Notes: generated from the sequence alone by a model not told the origin. 64,000 nt of DNA from Nemertoderma westbladi (GCA_032718475.1 JAUCBJ010008853.1:3098-67097); one strand, 5' to 3'. Shown: positions 12,025 through 24,934, counted from the first letter of the stretch. Made by a program: numbers and translations.

Positions 12025-13385
12025 GTTTGTTTATACAGTTGAATGCCTACTGCTATATTACAGTTAAAGCAAGTCTAGCAATTCAGTATCACTGTTAGCC
12101 TAATAATTAATTACCGATACTGCTACTCAATGTAGCGTGATATATATAATATATTAGAATACCGGTATACTTATAGTATATATAACTATATAAGTATTAT
12201 TACAGACTAGGTTTATCACAGAATACCGGTATAATTTTAGCACAAATATATATAAATATATAATAGGCCTATCTGGAATACCGGTATACAGCTTACAGTT
12301 TGTAGGATATATAATTCTGAAATAGAATTAATTACACGTACCGGTGTAATTTCAGCCTAGATTTATAGAAATAAAGATAATAGGCCTATCGTAAATACCG
12401 GTATATCAATTATTTTAAAATAACTGAATTTCTGAATTTCAAGGGTTACTTGGTTACTTTACTTACTTTATTAACGTTATTTGAGCAGTAATCCAACTGA
12501 TATTGAGACCTAATTGTTGTATGGCAGGCCTACTATTTATAAATCGTTTGAGTTGATTTATAATATATATATACCCGTTTTAATGGGTTTTGTCAATGTT
12601 GAAATAAATGTTATTATTTCTGGGGAGTAATCACTACACAAAGCGGTGCGCTTTCAGTGAAGTGTTACTTATAGGACACTAAAACAAATAATTCTAATTT
12701 ACCTAAGTTACTTAATACTACAAATTACGTACGATTCGGGTTGAGATTACAATCTCTAAATAAACACAAAAATTTTACAAAAAACACAAAATACGAATTT
12801 TTAGGGTAATTTTACAAGAAGTCTACAAACCAGCCTAACAAAGGGTTAGATAACCGGTTATTACAACGGACAGGGTACTACGGTATTTGAAATAATAAGT
12901 AGTAGTAAATACACTGCGTTGTCTAGATAGGAAAATGCCACCGCCTGACGACCTATAGCCGTATCGCTATAGGTTCTACGTTATGTATCACGGAGTGTTC
13001 CTACCTAGAAGTTAATAGAGCTAATCGAATGTGCCTATCAACCACTTTACAACACAAATATAATGCCTACACTAATTATTTTCGGAAAGCACTGTACACT
13101 AAACCCTAAATTAGGTACGAGTACTTGTACAACAGATAATCAGTAGTTAAATATACTTGAACAGCTAAAAGAACCACGGCATCTGCTGGAGTGACCGATG
13201 CACAAAATCACCAGTCTTTACCTACGCCGAGCAGCCCGTGTAGTACCGGGGTTAATTTAACTATAGCGGTATGTATAACAAACACAATTACTGTAGGAGC
13301 AAACTTGGGGAATGAATGTTGCGGATAATCGCATAAACTCTGAATAATAAATATTACGCTACGCGTACAAACTACTCAAACAAAA

Positions 13386-13915
13386 TACAGACCGAACACT
13401 GACAGACTACTATCAAGCCTAAACAAACTACGGTATATGCAGACTCCGAAATGATTAGGGAGTATGCGCTCTAACCCAGTAGTGCGACTTATTCTTTAGT
13501 TGGGGGTTTACCTTACAGCGTTCGCTGCCCCTACTGCCTAACCGTACTTAATCGGACAGATGATCTACACACGCGGCAATCCGTTCAGACCTAATAACAG
13601 CCAGACAACTATCCAGCCTACAAATTATCTAAATAAAATTATACGCCACCCGTACAGACTTACACAAACAAAGTACAGACTAAACGATGGCAGACCACTC
13701 TCAAGCCTAAATAAACTACAGGACATGCAGACTCCGAAATGATTAGGGAGTATGCGCTCTAACCCAGTAGTGCGACTTATTCTTTAGTTGGGGGTTTACC
13801 TTACAGCGTTCGCTGCCCCTACTGCCTAATCGTACTTAATCGGACAGATGATCTACACACACTGCAATTCGTTTGGACTTAACAGCAATCAGACAACAGC
13901 TCAGCCTACAAATCG
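13386..13915. repeat. 288-bp tandem duplication in the 5' leader of element 1
   Basis: Core 13439-13572 nearly identical to 13727-13860; flanks more diverged. Confidence 0.9.
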
Positions 13916-14207
13916 TCTGCACAATCTGATCAGGTTTACACGCCTTCTGTTCAATACTGGCCTACAAATAAATAAAGCTGACAGAAATAGGCCTAAGTAA
14001 AAATCCCAATAAAAACCAGGCGTCCCCGATTAATTATTAAGACCTACCGGCATATATAATCAAATCGAATAATACTGCTGTACTTATACGGAAGTACCGG
14101 TTAGGACAGTTAGGCCTACTGACCTACAGATGGACCGTTCAGGTTTACCGGTTGACCGGTACTTTCAACTTTATTGCTTACCGCAATAAAGAAGCTATAT
14201 CCTTTAA

Positions 14208-15428
14208 TGTTGGCGCTTTCAGACCTTTGGCAGTTTAACCCACCAAATTAAGATGTCTTCCAGATATTAAATCGGTTTTTAGTCTATGACAAGTATTTGA
14301 TTCACTACACTAGTCGAAACCAATCTGTGCGCGATCATTCACCCGCTGGATATTCCCGGGAGATTGGGTTCGACGGTTTAATTTTATTGCTATGTAAGCC
14401 TAATGTATTATTCGACTGACAGTATTATATAATCTCTGACAATATTATTCACCTTCGGGAATATTAACAGTTCCTTTAGGACGTGGCGCTTTATCTATAT
14501 AAACAGAGTTATGACTTAAACTACTCACAACGATATGGCTTAATTATAATTCACATATATGGCGCATTCTTTAGGAATGCTTCTTTAACAGACTCACTCA
14601 TACACAATGCTGCACAATACTGCACACTAATCTGCCGATCTTCACTGATTTTAGTCACATATAAAAGGAACACAGACTGACTCATGTAGGGTCTATCAAA
14701 TAACATTAGATTCACTTCAAACCACTTTAACATAAGTCACAATCGTTTATCTGTAACCTTTCTCTCTTACCTTCGGTACATCAAGAATATTGGGTTTCGG
14801 GGTTATTTCTCGTTATTCCAATATAATAATTCATCAACCATATTATGAAGAACTGACAGTAAATAGCAGTATAAAACAACAACTGAACACTGATTGTTAT
14901 GAGATTGCAATGTTTCAGCAGTCAGTATGTATGATCAGTTAGCAGTGATTCCATGAGTTTGATCGGTATGTCAGTTAAAGGATATATGCTCTTATAATTA
15001 AACCTACTAGTGTAAGACTAAAAACTGAAAACACGGAGGTGCCAAAAGCCGGTTCTTAGGCTCTGGGCAAAAACATAACACTGAACTACTGAGTTTCTGT
15101 ATATACCTTCAACACAGAGACAACAAACGCTCTGATTGGTCAACCTGAACAACGAGAGAACAGAGAAACAAAGAAACGTCGACGTGGCAATATCAGCTGC
15201 TAGCCGTCGTCATGGTAGCGACACTGTTTTCAAGAGTATCGAGCTTTTACGTCACGGAATTACGGATTATGTCCTCTAAAGTACAAATACAGAAGAAATA
15301 GCTTTTATGTCCGCTAAAACACCAGTACAGCAAGGACACGGCCTTTTTATGCCTGGTAAACCAACTACAGAGTATTTTACGGGAAAAATAAGGAAAAATA
15401 ACCGGACAATTCAGCAAAAGCTTTTACA
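14208..15428 (-). repeat. 5' LTR of element 1
   Basis: Duplicate of 3674-4894. Candidate minus-strand CCAAT (~15135), TATA-like (~15100) and AATAAA (~14385). Confidence 0.97.
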
Positions 15429-15539
15429 AACTGAGATACTAGTTAAAATTAAATTAAAACAATAATGTGACCATATAATTAGATAAAATTTAATTAGTTC
15501 CGTAACTTATGTAAAAAAGGATATTCCGTAATGATTAAA

Positions 15540-16735
15540 ATTTGACGTATTAACTGCGCATTTGGGGTCGATCAGTGGTCATCAGCCAGATTGCTGTTCG
15601 TAGGCGGGATCTGCAAAGGGGGATAGCCTGGCATTCCAGGTAATGTTGTTTGGTGGTCGCTGAGCAACCACACATCCAGCATTCACAGCAATCAGCTGGC
15701 CTCCAACAACTGGGATTGGGTGCAGATGCGGTGGTTGTATCCATTTGATATCAGCTGTGCGGCATAGCGGCGGCGTAAACCGGAGAGTCCAGTAACGTCT
15801 ATGTCGGACGCGTCTGGATGGTCAATGGCGTGGAGGATTGCAGTAGACGAGGCAAACTTGCTGATTCCGCACCATAACTTCCAGTGGAACGCTCGCACCC
15901 GTTGCACGTGGTCCAGTTGTGTAATGTCGCTACTCGTGAAAATACTGCACCCGTATGTTGTCGATGGAAGGACGATTGATTGCCATAAACGTTGTGCCGA
16001 TTGTTGGGATACTATACGAAGATTAACTTTTGTAGCGATTAATACACAACTTGATATGCCTTTAGAATACATGTGACCTTAATGCCCGCTAGCCCCATTT
16101 TTGGTTGATAGGATTACTCCTAAGTATTGAAAACAGTTCTGGAATTCCAATACTTGCCCGTTGTATTCCAGAACATCAGTGCGTGCCAATCTACCTCCAC
16201 AGCGAAACTTAACGGCTTTAGTCTTTGTGATATTGACTTCGAGTTTGTTAAGTTTACAATAATCAGCGAGTTTATTCAAACTACAGTAGATTGTACGTCT
16301 GCGATCGAGTCTCCGACAATTACTAGGTCGTCGGCGTACATTATCACCCAGATAGTAGCGAACACAATGTATGCGGGAAGGTCTGCCACGAAGAGACTAA
16401 ATAATAGTGGGGTGAGTTTGTCGCCTTGGACTACTCCAACCGTTTGAGCGATCGGTTCCAACACGTGCACTCGACGCAGATGCAAACGAAGTTTATCGAG
16501 ATCAAGGCCCAAATCGCGCTGATAAACTTTCGGCTCAATCCCACATTCGATAGTTTCATGCAGAGTATCTCGCGGTTTATTGAGTCAAAACATTTCCGGA
16601 AGTCTACAAAGACGCAATAAACGTGCCCGCCTGCTGGTTGTATAGCGATGTTAATACGGTTATATAAACATCTAACGGCGTCTATCGTAGATTGCGACTT
16701 CCTGAACCCGTATTGAGCGCCAGGGAACGCGCCGC
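15540..16735 (-). pseudogene. LINE reverse-transcriptase fragment (L2/CR1 group)
   Basis: QYGFRKSQST, CVFVDFRKCFDSINR, GVVQGDKLTPLLF, MYADD, NITKTKAV, FQYLGV motifs; frameshifted. Confidence 0.88.
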
Positions 16736-16939
16736 GGCGCTTACAATTACAAACACCATTATTTCACACATACCACACCACCCACACATACGTACACACA
16801 TTAATTGTTTACTTTATCACAGTATATTCTAAGTTGTGTAAGTTACTTGTTGCTATGTTATGGAGTCACGGTCATATATTGTATAATAGTGATTTTTAAT
16901 GCTATCCTTGTAAGTTTTTAGTTTTCCTATTTGTTTTAG

Positions 16940-17300
16940 AGTAATAAGAGATGCGTTCCAGATTTTTGTAGCACTGACAGTTAAACTTTTAAATCCGTAG
17001 TTGTTCCTAGTAGTAGGTATTTTAATATTATGTGTTCTGGGATTTATTAAGTATGCGTTTGTTCTTATAGTATTAAGAAATGGTAGTTGTAGTTTCTTAA
17101 ATGGTGTACTTAGATTAATACAGCTTTGGTGAACTAAAGCAATTTATTGGGAAGGATTACTCCACATCATTGGGTGTTGGGACAGTACAATAAATGCCTT
17201 ATAGTTTATCTGTCAAATTGAGAAGATTATAAATTATTGGAATGTCAGTGAAATATCTTAGGCTGCCTGCATACTAGCTTAATAACAGTCAAGAGTAGTG
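16940..17300 (-). pseudogene. Highly degraded C-terminal part of an L2/CR1-type LINE
   Basis: Minus-strand translation gives TPFKKLQL and RNNYGFKSLTVSATKIWNA. Confidence 0.45.
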
Positions 17301-19437
17301 ATTGGCCAGGTGTTCTTTCCTACGGGCAAGGGAGATACAGCAGCTCTGATTTACCTGGCTTACTGGATATTCTACACCACAATCCAATATTGGAGGCAGC
17401 AGGTCATACCTATTTGCAGGGAAATTGGCTAAATTACGAAATCGGTTATTTGTTGTATTTATATCTATGTGTATTCATATTTAATTGTCCTAATTCATAA
17501 ATGGTCACTCAGAAGTTAAAATAGTCTTATATTACTTTCATTTGTTTATAAACGACTGGCAATGCGGCAATTGCAATTTCTTAGTTCATTAATTAACAAT
17601 TACATAATTATTCGCATTTTTTATGAATTGATTAATAGGCCTAATTTTGATAATAGTTTACATTTTGTATGTATAGTACCCACTGTACATAAGTAACATA
17701 AGTAACATAATACATAGTGCAGTAGTGGGTGCCAAGGTCCAGCGCAGCGCAGAGGCAACAGCGGTGCCTGCGATTTAATCATTCGATTGCGCAGATTGGG
17801 CAGTATTACAAGAATTATAAGTGTTACTTCCCTTAGCACTTAGAGCAGAGCAGTCAATCACCAAGGGCACTGGTTGCTGTGGCTGCAGCCAGAAGTTCAG
17901 AGCAGAGAGGGCAGAGGGAGTGGCTGTAGCCGGCGCTGATTAAAACCGGCGCTGATTTATTGGTTTAACAATTACGGAAGTGCCTTAAAAATCGCATTTA
18001 GCTGTTTAAAAATTTTGGCTCGCTTCGCTCGGCCGAAATTTTTTCTGCTGTATGGTTGTATGGTACTGCTGTACAGGGATATAGGTACAGCTGCAGTGCA
18101 GTACTGACATTGGCAGACTGGTTTCACTCCTTCAAAATTTAAATTGCATTGGCTGATTGGCGCGGCGCTCTTCAAAATTGTTTCTATGTGCGGCACGCTT
18201 AAAAATTCCGTTGGGGCGGGGTTTGCTTCGAAATTGCATCGGCGCGCATAATGGTCGGCGCGCTATCCGGCGCACTTTTTGGATGGATTCCATACAGGTA
18301 AACAAGGCCATGCCATCAAGTTAACTGGGGGCCGTGACTGGGGGCAAAATTTTTTTTACAACAATTTGATATTTTGATATGGGGAGAGTTCTATAAATTT
18401 TCATTTGCTGTAATTTGGTCAATGCAGCAATGGACGTAATTGAAAATAATTTATAATTTATTGAAAGTATATTATTGAAAGTTGTTATTGAAAATATATT
18501 ACTATATTATTACTATATATTATATAAAATCGAAACCGCTCTGGCATACATTACGTTCTATTGATTTTATTCCGGTTTAAAGTTGGCGTAACGGTCGTGC
18601 CTGAAATGGACAAGCTTTTTAGAGACTCTCCTACACATTATAAATTTCTATCGAATTTATTGTACTTATTTGCCGTTACCTACTGACTTATGTCAGACTA
18701 ACATGTTAATAGATAGAGTTTTAAATGAAATTAACAGTAAGGCAATATAATATCATTAGAGAATGTGGCAATCAATTAACCAGCGTAACGGTCGTGACAT
18801 AGTTTTGTAACGGTCTGACGGTTGTGACATTATCGATTTTCACATAGGTTTGCTTATGGTCAGAGAATGATCCAACTCTGTAACTTGGCAATCGATCAAA
18901 TCCATTCATCTGAATGGCACAGTAGAGTAACCTAAAGTAAATTCCCTATACAATGTTCTGAAGGGGAGACTGACAGAGTAATTCAACAATAAAACATTTT
19001 GCAATAATGTTGGCATTAATGTAGCCAACTCACTGTGTACTTAACAGCCATTCAGCTTACATTAGCAGAGTGAGATATTCCCATAGATTGCATTGGGAAG
19101 AGTAATTCAGCTGAGGCGATATTAGATTTCAAACTAAACCAACCAGTTAATGTTTGCTTTGACAGAGAGTGGTGGCCTATACAAACAGTATGGGTGTACT
19201 GAGTATAATAATCTTGGCAACCTCATCAATTTATTACTAAGCCTTGTGTAGAAATGCATTACATAAGCTATTTTTCATCACGACACCAGCTGTTATTGGT
19301 GTTATTTTACCATTGCGCCTATGGCGTTTTTTCGTTTATCTCTATTTTTCGAGTCCTGAGGCTATGGACAAATTATATATATATTAAAATGTTTACATAA
19401 TTTACATATTAAAATAAGTACGTACGCGGTTAAATTT

Positions 19438-19508
19438 AATTGAATAATATAAATCGATAAAATTCATAAAATGATTTTATGAATTTTATCGATTTATATT
19501 ATTCAATT
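19438..19508. repeat. Perfect palindrome, 35-bp arms with a 1-nt centre
   Basis: AATTGAATAATATAAATCGATAAAATTCATAAAAT-G-exact reverse complement. Confidence 0.95.
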
Positions 19509-19522
19509 TTAATATATATTTA

Positions 19523-19566
19523 TATCACTGAAGACGTGTGTTAATACACGAAATGGCCATATGATA
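19523..19566 (+). ncRNA. Minimal type I hammerhead ribozyme, Penelope-like-element type
   Basis: TATCA-CTGAAGA-C-GTGTG/TTAA/TACAC-GAAA-TGGCCA-TA-TGATA: intact core, stems I and II, palindromic stem III, AUA cleavage triplet. Confidence 0.8.
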
Positions 19567-20154
19567 AAAAGGAATTTGTTTTACTTAGAATCGTGGCTTA
19601 GACCCTTACAACACCAATATAACTCGATACAGGCTTGTGGCCGACATCACTACACCATACTGCCATATGTTAATTAGTCGTCTTCAGGCAGTCAGGTTAG
19701 GACTTAGGAGTGGAACTTTCTGTGATCTGCTGGTTGATATTGAGATTATTTATTGAGGACTAATATAGTATAGGAACGAAACAACAGCTGGTTAAGATAT
19801 GCATGACAAACTGAAAGTATTTAACACGGATTTAACACAAGGCTGCAAGGCACAAAATCTAATTAGTTAAAATCACAAATTAAATTTTAAAAAGTATAAA
19901 GTCTAAGTAGGGCCTACTGTACGTAAGTTAAAGGCTCGGTATCACAAATTAATTAAAATCACGAATTTAATTTATGAATGTATGCAGGCTAAGTTAAAAG
20001 GTAAAATCACGCTTAAAATCACATTAAAATCTCTGAAAATATTTAATTTATAGCACCAATTAATTAAAATCACAAATTGAATTTAAAAATTGTATGTAGA
20101 TTAAAATGTATGTCTCTCGTACCTTGATTATTTAAAATTTATCCGATTATTTAG

Positions 20155-20560
20155 AGCAGCAGTAGTTCCAGTACTCCTCTATGGGCTGGGCTCTAACTGC
20201 TGAGGACATCAAATATATGGATTGCACATTCACAAGAATTCTACGCCGGGTTCATTGTGTCAAGTACAATGCAGACATCTCCAACCAGACACTATATAAC
20301 ATTGGAGGTGTCTCATTGGTTCCCCCAAGCTTGACACTAGAACTTTGCAGGGCATTGCTTTCGCAATGAGGACCAGCCAGTGCATCATAATCTCGTGCTT
20401 TGGCAGCCTCATGGAGTGAATAAGCATGGTGGACACTCTGGACAGCCCATGACTTTCTTGATACGCATCTTAAAGGACACTGGCCTTGAAGATGCGGATG
20501 ATCTAACAAATGTCATGGGTGATATGGAGTTGTGGTGGCGCAATTTTGTCGACAAGCCGG
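20155..20560 (+). pseudogene. RTE-like LINE C-terminal fragment
   Basis: AAVVPVLLYG, FTRILRRV, ISNQTLY, LVLWQP motifs; frameshifted. Confidence 0.6.
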
Positions 20561-20791
20561 CACAGCATTCTTGTAATTTAAAAGCATGCCAATTGTCAAT
20601 TATCTTATCCGTATGTGCCTTGTTCTTTTGTTACTGTAACTATAATTTGCTCCTCTCCTTTCTGTTACAGCGACCTCATCGTTTATTATAATTGAGTCGC
20701 TTGAAATTTATAATAGAGAAGAGCGTGATATACATTAAACTACTGCCACCTGTATTTAATTTATCGATTAATACTTAATTAAGATTTCATA

Positions 20792-22324
20792 ATGGATCAA
20801 CATACTAATTTATTGAAAGAGAAATCTTCTGGTGCCGGTATAATTATAAAGAGCGAACCAACCGACTATATAATCCTAAACAAAGAACCAACAGACTTTA
20901 TAATTATAAAGAAAGAACCAACAGACTTTATAATTATAAAGAGAGAACCAACAGACTGTATGATTATAAAAAGAGAACCAGCAGACTCTACCCCCTATTC
21001 TCTTGATGTTAAACAAGAGAACTGCGTTCACGGATCATCTCCCATCGAAGAGCACAACAATTTGTTCGGTAGAGTAGATGTTGTCCCTTTACTAGATGAC
21101 GAAGATATTTCTTATGAACCATCTGGAGATTCTTTTATTGTTGAAAAACGGGAAAACGACAGCCCAGAGTGTTCTTATGGTAGGCCTATTGAAACTGAAG
21201 GTACAGAAGCGACAATCAGTTGTGCAACAACAGAGTCAGGTAGTTCTAATGAAACGGTTGGGGAATTGGTATCTTCTTCAGATACCAGTTCCTGTTTGCG
21301 TTGCAATGAATTATTTAATAACAAAGGAGATTTAGAGAGACATATAGAATCCGTTCATAAAGACGTCAAGAATAAGTATAAATGCGAGTATTGTGAGAAA
21401 CAGTTTAAATGTAAGCTTGGTGTAAAGAAGCATGTTAACTCTATCCATAAAGGTATAAAATATAATTGCAGTTATTGTAATAAAGAATTCTGCGTGCAAA
21501 TTAATCTGAACACCCATGTGAACTACTTTCATAAAGATATCAAGTACAACTGTCTCGATTGTGGAAAATCATTGAGTACAAAAGTCGAACTAAAACGACA
21601 TGTCGACTCTATACATAAAGGTATCAAATATAAGTGCGGTTATTGTCATAAAGAATTCAGTCAGCAAGGGAATCTATACACCCATGTGAACTACTTTCAT
21701 AAAGATATCAAGTACAACTGTTTTGATTGTGGAAAATCATTTGCTAGAAAATACGTACTAAAACGACATGTCGACTCTATACATAAAGGTATCAAATATA
21801 AGTGCGGTTATTGTAATAAAGAATTCAGCCTACAAAGGAGTCTAAACACCCACGTTAACTTTGTCCACAAAGGTATCATCAAGTACAACTGCTTCGATTG
21901 TGGAAAATCATTTGCTACAAAAGCCGAACTAAAACGACATGTCGACTCTATACACTCTATACGACATAAAGATATCAAATATAAGTGCGGTTATTGTCAT
22001 AAAGAATTCAGTCAGCAAGGGAATCTATACACCCATGTGAACTACTTTCATAAAGATATCAAGTACAACTGTTCTGATTGTGGAAAATCATTTGCTACAA
22101 AAGCCAAACTAAAACGACATGTCGACTCAATGCATAAAGATATCAAATATAAGTGCGGTTATTGTAATAAAGAATTATGTCATCAAATGAATCTAAACAC
22201 CCATGTGAACTACTTTCATAAAGATATCAAGTACAACTGTTCTGATTGTGGAAAATCATTTGCTACAAAAGCCAAACTAAAACGACATGTCGACTCTATA
22301 CATAAAGAAAGATATCAAACTTAA
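20792..22324 (+). CDS. C2H2 zinc-finger protein, 12 fingers, single coding exon
   Basis: 510-aa ORF with 12 CxxC...HxxxxH fingers, N-terminal IIIKxEPTD repeats, and an upstream splice acceptor at 20670 (pyrimidine tract + TTACAG). Confidence 0.92.
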   Translation: MDQHTNLLKEKSSGAGIIIKSEPTDYIILNKEPTDFIIIKKEPTDFIIIKREPTDCMIIKREPADSTPYSLDVKQENCVHGSSPIEEHNNLFGRVDVVPLLDDEDISYEPSGDSFIVEKRENDSPECSYGRPIETEGTEATISCATTESGSSNETVGELVSSSDTSSCLRCNELFNNKGDLERHIESVHKDVKNKYKCEYCEKQFKCKLGVKKHVNSIHKGIKYNCSYCNKEFCVQINLNTHVNYFHKDIKYNCLDCGKSLSTKVELKRHVDSIHKGIKYKCGYCHKEFSQQGNLYTHVNYFHKDIKYNCFDCGKSFARKYVLKRHVDSIHKGIKYKCGYCNKEFSLQRSLNTHVNFVHKGIIKYNCFDCGKSFATKAELKRHVDSIHSIRHKDIKYKCGYCHKEFSQQGNLYTHVNYFHKDIKYNCSDCGKSFATKAKLKRHVDSMHKDIKYKCGYCNKELCHQMNLNTHVNYFHKDIKYNCSDCGKSFATKAKLKRHVDSIHKERYQT

Positions 22325-22779
22325 GTGCGGTTATTGTCAAAGAATTCCGTCAGCAAGGCTACCTAAACACCCATGTTAATTCTCTAGTTACCGGTAACAA
22401 AATACAATTGTTGTATTTGTACTGAACTATATTTGTTTCGGATCATTATTGGAAAGATGTTTCTTTTAGAATGAAAAAAATATAAAATAAAACAAATGGA
22501 AAGTGGTTCAAATACATTGATTATCAGGTTATTATGCGTTCAGGGATGCTGATTGTAATGCAACATAAACCAAATCAATCAATGAACCAAAGTGAAAGTT
22601 ATAAATTAGTAGGATTATCGAGTCAGATACCCCCTCACCCCCTTCAAACGATTCCCACTTATTCCCACGCTAAATTTTTCATCGTTTAATTGTTTTTCTC
22701 AATTTTTTGTCTATAAATGGTCTCGCAATTAAAGTCTCGTCTAATTAATAAGGTAATTACGGAGTCGTATTAAATAGTT

Positions 22780-23785
22780 TTATTTAAATTATGATCAATT
22801 CTAAAGTTTAGCGAATTGTGCGCAGGTACGGTGTTGAGTTGATGTTTATGATAAAGATGTTTTATTAGGGGCGGGGGGGGGGGGGGGGGGGGGGGGTAGG
22901 TAACACCCCCCTATTTTGGAAATTGACAAAAAAAGTTTTTTTATTCTATCATGTGCCGAATTTAATGGAGATTTCAAATCTGCAAGCAGTTTTCTCATAT
23001 CTTTTCTCAAACTCAAGTTATTACACAAAACGTAAGAGCTAGTCTCATTTTTGTAAAGCCTTCGAGCAGCAATATATTTTACAATTGTACGGGGCCCTTT
23101 TCATAAAAATGGCTCTCACGGTACAGATATTAACAAAATTGGTAGAAAGTTATTTTACTAGTTATCTGTTTAGCAAGCAAGAAACATTTCATCAGAATGA
23201 TGTTTTTTCATGAAAAGGGCTATTTCTCCGCCAATTTTAACTGAAATGACTTGAAATTTGGTACACTTGTTAAGATTACTCTTCTTCATACTTCTTCCGA
23301 ACAAATTTGGTTAAAAATGCCCTGGAGCCTTTTTATACCAAAAAGGCCTTTTTTGTGGCCTTTTTGTTCTAAAAAGGCTCCAGAGCATTTGAGGCAAAAT
23401 TTGTTCAGAAGAATTGGAAGCAGGGTTCTACTGACGCGATATTCAAAATTTCAACAAGTATTGGTGGAGAAATAGCCCTTGACGCAAAGGGCACTTTGAA
23501 TAGCACAAAAATACATTTTGGGGCCAGTTTAAAAAAATTTGGTTTGGTTATTCACACACAGTCCAGACGATGTTTAGTAGCACAAACAATAAATTTCACC
23601 CAATTTTATGGTCTAGAGACACAAAAATGTGAAGTTCAATTTGGATGTGCTCCCCCCCCCCCCCCCCCCCCCTTAAGCTTAAATAAAAATTTAAATATCA
23701 GACGAATTGCTAATTTTGTACAGCATGGTCTGTGTGGTAAAGTATGGGACATTGATAAAGTAAACTACGGGACCTGTAGGGTGAG
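22780..23785. mobile_element. Copy of the repeat family at 36.5-38.4 kb (inverted), interrupted by a poly-G/poly-C-ended insertion
   Basis: 22787-22867 and 23673-23780 are reverse complements of contiguous sequence at ~38000-38190. Confidence 0.75.
22868..23672. mobile_element. Non-autonomous DNA transposon (MITE) with GGGG.../...CCCC ends at a TTA(A) site
   Basis: Cleanly interrupts the host repeat; poly-G and poly-C termini flanked by TTA and TTAA. Confidence 0.65.
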
Positions 23786-24934
23786 TGTAGGAGACTTGAT
23801 CCCCAAAAGTTATAATCGCTCTAAAGAACAGATAAATAAATTTTTCAATGCCGTTTTAACTTTTTCACATTACATTTATGATTGCTACTGTATCATTATG
23901 TGAGAGTTTGAGATTTTCAACTCTTAAACTTTTTTAATTAAACCAATTATTCGTATTTTCGAAACAGCGTCAGCGTCAAGGCTTGACAACTAGGGTGGTA
24001 GACTTGAACCCCACCTCGCATACTTATAAATTCGTTCAAAAATGCAGAAGAAGTGTAATAATTACATGTTCAACATGTCTATTTTCTAGTAGAGCAAAAA
24101 AAATTCAAAAAATCACACCTACTTGGGTTTTTTTATATTAATTAATATACTTTCAAAACGGTTGAACCAAAACTGGAAAACAATATATGGCAGGATAGTG
24201 CAATAATTAGTCAACACATGTTGTGAATTACAATTAACATACATTAAAATAAGGATGCGATTTTTCATTCGTTGTAAAGGGCAAAAATTTACTTTTGAAC
24301 CCAGAAAACGTTTATTGACAATAAAACAAAAAATAACCAAAAGGTAATAAAACATTGTTGCGCGGGTGTAGCCAACTTGTATTTTACACATTTTTGTGTG
24401 GTATTGTTAAATAATTTACAATAGTTTTTGAGTTATTTAAAAAAATCAAGTTTCCCCTAAAGTCAAGTCTCCCTCACTTTTTCAACTTTCACAATTTTAT
24501 AGTCGAAATGATCTCTTACACCTAATCTAAAAGTAATTTCGGGACAATTAGTGATAAAAAAAAGTGCGACTAAGTATTCCAACCAAGTGGGACGAGGCAC
24601 AAAGTAAGCGAAGTGACGAGTTGTCTGTCACTGTCTAATATTTGATCGCCAATAACTCCGTCATATATTGATGAAATTAAATCAAACTTTGGGGTGTAAA
24701 CGTTACGCCGACAGCAGACCACCGACAGTAGACAGCCGACAGTAGATATACTACACTACATACCCTACATATTATACGGAATAATACTATGGGGCAATAC
24801 CTACGATAAACATATTCATCCAATTCGAGTGAAAATTAACAAAATTATAAGAGCAATTACATTTAGCCACTACCAATCCCATATTTGCCTACTGTATATT
24901 GAGCGAAGTAATTTCTTCCAGTTTCGTTCCAAAC

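Larger units (their letters stand above)
3674..15428 (-). mobile_element. BEL/Pao LTR retrotransposon 1, non-autonomous, recently inserted
   Basis: Direct 1221-bp LTRs with TG...CA ends, 5-bp TSD AACTG (3669-3673 and 15429-15433), PPT, and a Pao-type gag-protease ORF. Confidence 0.97.

Noticed and set aside
4441-14207. TTAA-AGGATATA inverted pair read as Kolobok-type transposon ends
   Set aside because: The motif is an integral part of both LTRs and the partner abuts the LTR boundary; better explained as LTR-PBS pairing.
17860-18830. Short GC-rich repeated motifs (CCGGCGCTGATT, CGTAACGGTCGTG)
   Set aside because: Probably MITE subterminal repeats, but ends and TSDs could not be defined.
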